In this document: positions 37,668 through 40,786 of the stretch, one piece after another
Layout of the letters: each line of letters opens with the position of its first letter
Numbering within the stretch: position 1 is the stretch's first letter
From: Candidatus Sericytochromatia bacterium
GTDB taxonomy: Bacteria > Cyanobacteriota > Sericytochromatia > S15B-MN24 > JAQBPE01
Reading direction: 5' to 3'
DNA length: 40,786 bases
Assembly (NCBI GenBank): GCA_040400605.1
Contig: JBBAPZ010000018.1
Location: forward strand, 23,652 to 64,437
Position numbers and translations under genes: made by a program
Notes under the pieces: model-generated
What the model was told of the DNA's origin: nothing
The model's database searches: none
What the model saw: the letters and a program-made list of their open reading frames with translations, nothing else

Positions 37668-39950
37668 GTGCAAGACGAGGCATCCCCGACGCTTGGCAAT
37701 TTGAATCTGATGCAGCGTCAGGCGGTCAGTCATGTGCAGGGCCCGTTGTTGATCCTCGCGGGTGCGGGGTCCGGCAAGACGCGGGTGATTACGCGTCGCA
37801 TCGCTCATTTGCTTGAAACTGGCATGGCCACCGCCGATGGCATTCTGGCGGTCACGTTTACGAACAAGGCGGCCAGGGAGATGACGGAGCGGGTGCTTGA
37901 GGTGGGCGATCGCTTGCGCGCGCGAACCCTGCAGATCTCAACCCCTTACGCCACACGGGGGTTGTGGATTGGAACCTTCCACAGCATGTGCGGCAAGATG
38001 TTGCGCCACTCAGTCGAAAATTGGACGGAGGCACCCATCAAGCGCAATTTTGTCGTGTTTGACGAGGCCGAGCAAGCGCTGATTGTGAAGCGGGGCCTGA
38101 AGCACCTTGGCCTTGATGAAAAAGCCTACACGCCACGCGCCGTTTTGACGCAAATCAGTCACGCCAAGAGCCGGGGACTGGATGTCTCCGCGATGGCCGC
38201 TCAGGCGTACCGTTATCAACAGCAGGTGGTGGCCGAACTTTATGCCTGGTACCAGCGTGAATTGACCCGACAAAATGCCGTTGACTTTGATGACTTGCTC
38301 TTGCTCACGGTGAAGATGCTCGAAGGGGCGCCTGAGGTTCGTGAGCTGTATCAGCGCCGGTTTCGTTACATACTCGTGGATGAGTATCAAGACACCAATC
38401 ACACGCAGTATCAGCTCATTCGCCTGTTGGCGCAGGGGCATCGCAATCTGTGTGTGGTCGGCGATGTCGACCAGAGCATCTATTCGTTCCGTGCGGCGGA
38501 TTTTAGAATCATTCTCCAGTTTCAGGAAGATTATCCCGATGCGCAGGTCATCAAGCTGGAAGAGAATTATCGCTCGACCGCCAATGTGTTAAATGCTGCA
38601 AATCACCTGATAGCCCATAATACGGAGCGTCATGACAAAAAACTGTGGACCAGCAATCCCGATGGTGAGCCGATCATTTTGCATGAGGCGCCAGATGATC
38701 GCGAAGAAGCCGATTATATTTTGACTGAGATACGCCGGGCACGCGTGAACCGTTCCTACGGCGATTTTGCCGTGTTGTATCGAACCAACGCCCAGTCGCG
38801 GGTCTTGGAAGAACTGTGCATGCGTTGGGGCATTCCCTATCGGCTGGTGGGTGGCATTCGGTTTTATGAGCGCAAGGAGATCAAGGACCTGGTGGCTTAC
38901 TTGCGCCTGATACAGAATCCTTCGGATGACAGTGCGTTTGAGCGCGTCATCAACACACCGCGGCGAGGTCTGGGTAAAGCCACGGTCGAACGTATCTTGC
39001 AGGCTGCCCGTGAGCAAAGCATCAGTGCCCCGCATCTGATTTTGTCCGAGCAGGTGCCAGCGCTTCCTGCGCGCACCTTGCTTAAATTGCGGGAGTTTTC
39101 GACATGGCTCCTCAAGTGGCATGCGACGCGCAACGATTATGAGGTATCAAGCTTGGTGCGGCAGGTGGCGCAAGACAGTGGTTATGAGGAATCCTTGCGG
39201 CTCGAAGGCACGGAAGAGGCGCTTGGACGCATTGAAAACCTGGATCAATTGGTCAATTTGGCCAGCAGCTTTGTCACAAACAGTGATGAGCCGGATTTGG
39301 CGGCGTTTTTGACTCATGTGATGTTGTTGTCGGATTTGGATCAGGCAGACGCGGCCGAAGGTGATCGCATCACGTTAATGACCTTGCATGCAGCCAAGGG
39401 GCTTGAGTTTCCCTGCGTGTTTCTGGCTGGATTAGAAGAAGGAATTTTTCCGCATCAGCGCAGCCTGGATGATCCCGCCAGCCTGGAGGAAGAGCGGCGC
39501 CTCGCTTATGTGGGCATCACCCGAGCGCGGGAGCGTCTGTGGTTGACGCATGCCAGGCGGCGCATGGTGTTTGGTGAAACACGGGCGAGTTTGCCCAGTC
39601 GTTTTTTGTCTGAGTTGCCGTCAGAGGGTCTGCTGCGAACGTCTGCAATCCCCGCGAATCCTGATGCGCCTTCGCGGCGCGTGAAGGCGTCAGGTGCTTC
39701 GGAGGATGCATTGTGGATGCGTGATTGGGATGCTGAGGCATCGAAGCGAGAGCTGGCCCCTTCGGCATCCAAGGCGCGCGCTGAACGCTGGTCGGTGGGA
39801 GACCGCGTGCGTCATGACAAGTTTGGGGATGGTGTCATCACGCGCTTGTTGGGTGAAGGCGAACGCCAGACCTTGGCGGTCTCTTTTCCGGGTTTGGGCC
39901 AAAAGATTTTGGATCCCCGTTTTGCGTCGTTGTATCGTATTGAGTCGTAG
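37668..39950 (+). CDS. pcrA: ATP-dependent DNA helicase PcrA/UvrD
   Basis: AGAGSGKT, VTFTNKAA, VDEYQDTN, VGDVDQSIY, LEENYRS, TLHAAKGLEF, EEERRLAYVGITRA, C-terminal GDRVRHDKFG. Confidence 0.95.
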   Translation: MQDEASPTLGNLNLMQRQAVSHVQGPLLILAGAGSGKTRVITRRIAHLLETGMATADGILAVTFTNKAAREMTERVLEVGDRLRARTLQISTPYATRGLWIGTFHSMCGKMLRHSVENWTEAPIKRNFVVFDEAEQALIVKRGLKHLGLDEKAYTPRAVLTQISHAKSRGLDVSAMAAQAYRYQQQVVAELYAWYQRELTRQNAVDFDDLLLLTVKMLEGAPEVRELYQRRFRYILVDEYQDTNHTQYQLIRLLAQGHRNLCVVGDVDQSIYSFRAADFRIILQFQEDYPDAQVIKLEENYRSTANVLNAANHLIAHNTERHDKKLWTSNPDGEPIILHEAPDDREEADYILTEIRRARVNRSYGDFAVLYRTNAQSRVLEELCMRWGIPYRLVGGIRFYERKEIKDLVAYLRLIQNPSDDSAFERVINTPRRGLGKATVERILQAAREQSISAPHLILSEQVPALPARTLLKLREFSTWLLKWHATRNDYEVSSLVRQVAQDSGYEESLRLEGTEEALGRIENLDQLVNLASSFVTNSDEPDLAAFLTHVMLLSDLDQADAAEGDRITLMTLHAAKGLEFPCVFLAGLEEGIFPHQRSLDDPASLEEERRLAYVGITRARERLWLTHARRRMVFGETRASLPSRFLSELPSEGLLRTSAIPANPDAPSRRVKASGASEDALWMRDWDAEASKRELAPSASKARAERWSVGDRVRHDKFGDGVITRLLGEGERQTLAVSFPGLGQKILDPRFASLYRIES

Positions 39951-39980
39951 GCAAGCATGCAATGGATGAAGGAGTGATCG

Positions 39981-40304
39981 ATGGACCACGGGATGCAAGT
40001 GACGTTGATCCGCCAACTGTTCAGCGAGGCGCGCGCCAAAGCAAAAACGGCCGCTGAACTGGCGGATGTCATCGATTGGCAGAGTCGTCTGAAGGTGGCA
40101 AGCACGGGTGCACCAGCCAAGTTTTCGCAGATCGATGTCGTCAGAAATCGCTTTAGGCAGGTGGCGGCTGATGGTGTCGTCACGAACCAGGAGATACAGG
40201 CTTTGATTGCATTTCTGACCAAACAGGACCTGGTTTTGGGATTGCCTGCACCGGTGGATGTGAGCGTTGATCTCAACGCGATCGAATTGCCCCCCTTGCT
40301 TTGA
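39981..40304 (+). CDS. Hypothetical protein with an ADG..T..E motif
   Basis: AAGGAG SD; AADGVVTNQEI and VDLNAIEL motifs. Confidence 0.7.
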   Translation: MDHGMQVTLIRQLFSEARAKAKTAAELADVIDWQSRLKVASTGAPAKFSQIDVVRNRFRQVAADGVVTNQEIQALIAFLTKQDLVLGLPAPVDVSVDLNAIELPPLL

Positions 40305-40371
40305 TCACGGGTGTGCCTTCGGATTTTAATGGTTGATTGTCAATCATTAAGTTAAAATTTTTTTTGTTCAA

Positions 40372-40414
40372 TTTTGTATTAAATTGCTCAATCCGGTGAT
40401 CGAATTCGGGGATA
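40372..40414 (+). promoter_or_regulatory. Putative alternative-sigma promoter / conserved upstream motif
   Basis: TTTTGTATTAAATTGCTCAA (40372-91), 19 nt, GATA. Matches the minus-strand motif at 568-587. Confidence 0.6.
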
Positions 40415-40478
40415 CATTCCCTCAGATGGCGCAGCCAACGAGGTGGGGCGCAAAGCCTTGAGGGAGAGTGAACCGACT

Positions 40479-40786
40479 ATGACAAACAACCCGATCATTC
40501 CGAATGGTGGCATTCCCGTGATTCCACCCGCGACGACCGCTGCTCCTGCTGCTGCCGCAGAGCCGGTCGCAGCACCTGCGCCGGTACCGGTTGCTGCGCC
40601 TGCCCCGGCGATCGCCAAAGATGCTAACACCGCTGTGGCAGCCGCGCCTGCAGCCACGCCGGTAGTCGACCTCGACAAGGTTGATTTGGGAATGAAGCAG
40701 CTGCGGGCATTGGATGATCTTGTGCAGGAATTCTTGGCTGACGGAAATTTCAGCAAGGAAGAAATGTCGCTTTACAAGCAGTTCCG
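40479..40786 (+). CDS. Hypothetical Ala/Pro-rich protein with an 'FLADG' domain (3'-truncated by the window edge)
   Basis: GAGGGAG SD. MTNNPIIPNGGIPVIPPATTAAPAAAAEP...VDLDKVDLGMKQLRALDDLVQEFLADGNFSKEEMSLYKQFR, open to the window end. Paralogous to 1-500. Confidence 0.85.
   Translation, partial: MTNNPIIPNGGIPVIPPATTAAPAAAAEPVAAPAPVPVAAPAPAIAKDANTAVAAAPAATPVVDLDKVDLGMKQLRALDDLVQEFLADGNFSKEEMSLYKQF

Noticed and set aside
40388..40756. 122-aa - strand ORF
   Set aside because: Antisense shadow of the + strand FLADG paralog.

Overview
GC-rich bacterial chromosomal segment. By inference it comes from a non-photosynthetic relative of Cyanobacteria (Sericytochromatia/Vampirovibrionia-like): it has a cyanobacterial-type long HflX, a cyanobacterial-type SLOG/DprA-like protein, an SLH protein together with TolC, and dense GCGATCGC (HIP1) palindromes, but no photosynthesis genes in this window. 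Housekeeping genes: psuG, a TPMT-family methyltransferase, an M48 peptidase, hflX-ynbB-Nudix, a fused amino-acid ABC SBP/permease, an Irr/PerR-like Fur regulator, mltG, phnD-nagB, two RND pumps with TolC/MFP, gluQ, a GT2-methyltransferase fusion, recO and pcrA. Points of most interest: (1) a Family 1 encapsulin operon whose cargo is a tandem ferritin-like protein with one degenerate and one intact ferroxidase site, and a CP motif next to its loading peptide; (2) two outward-facing, truncated paralogous genes at the two window ends, missed by the ORF track, which share an unknown 'DL..I.L...FLADG.F...E' domain and an 18/20-identical upstream motif; (3) HIP1 enrichment; (4) a probable ATC start codon for hflX; (5) a leaderless Fur-family gene with a perfect 7-1-7 operator. 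No rRNA, tRNA, CRISPR array or transposase was seen. All family assignments come from motif recognition by eye, not database searches.
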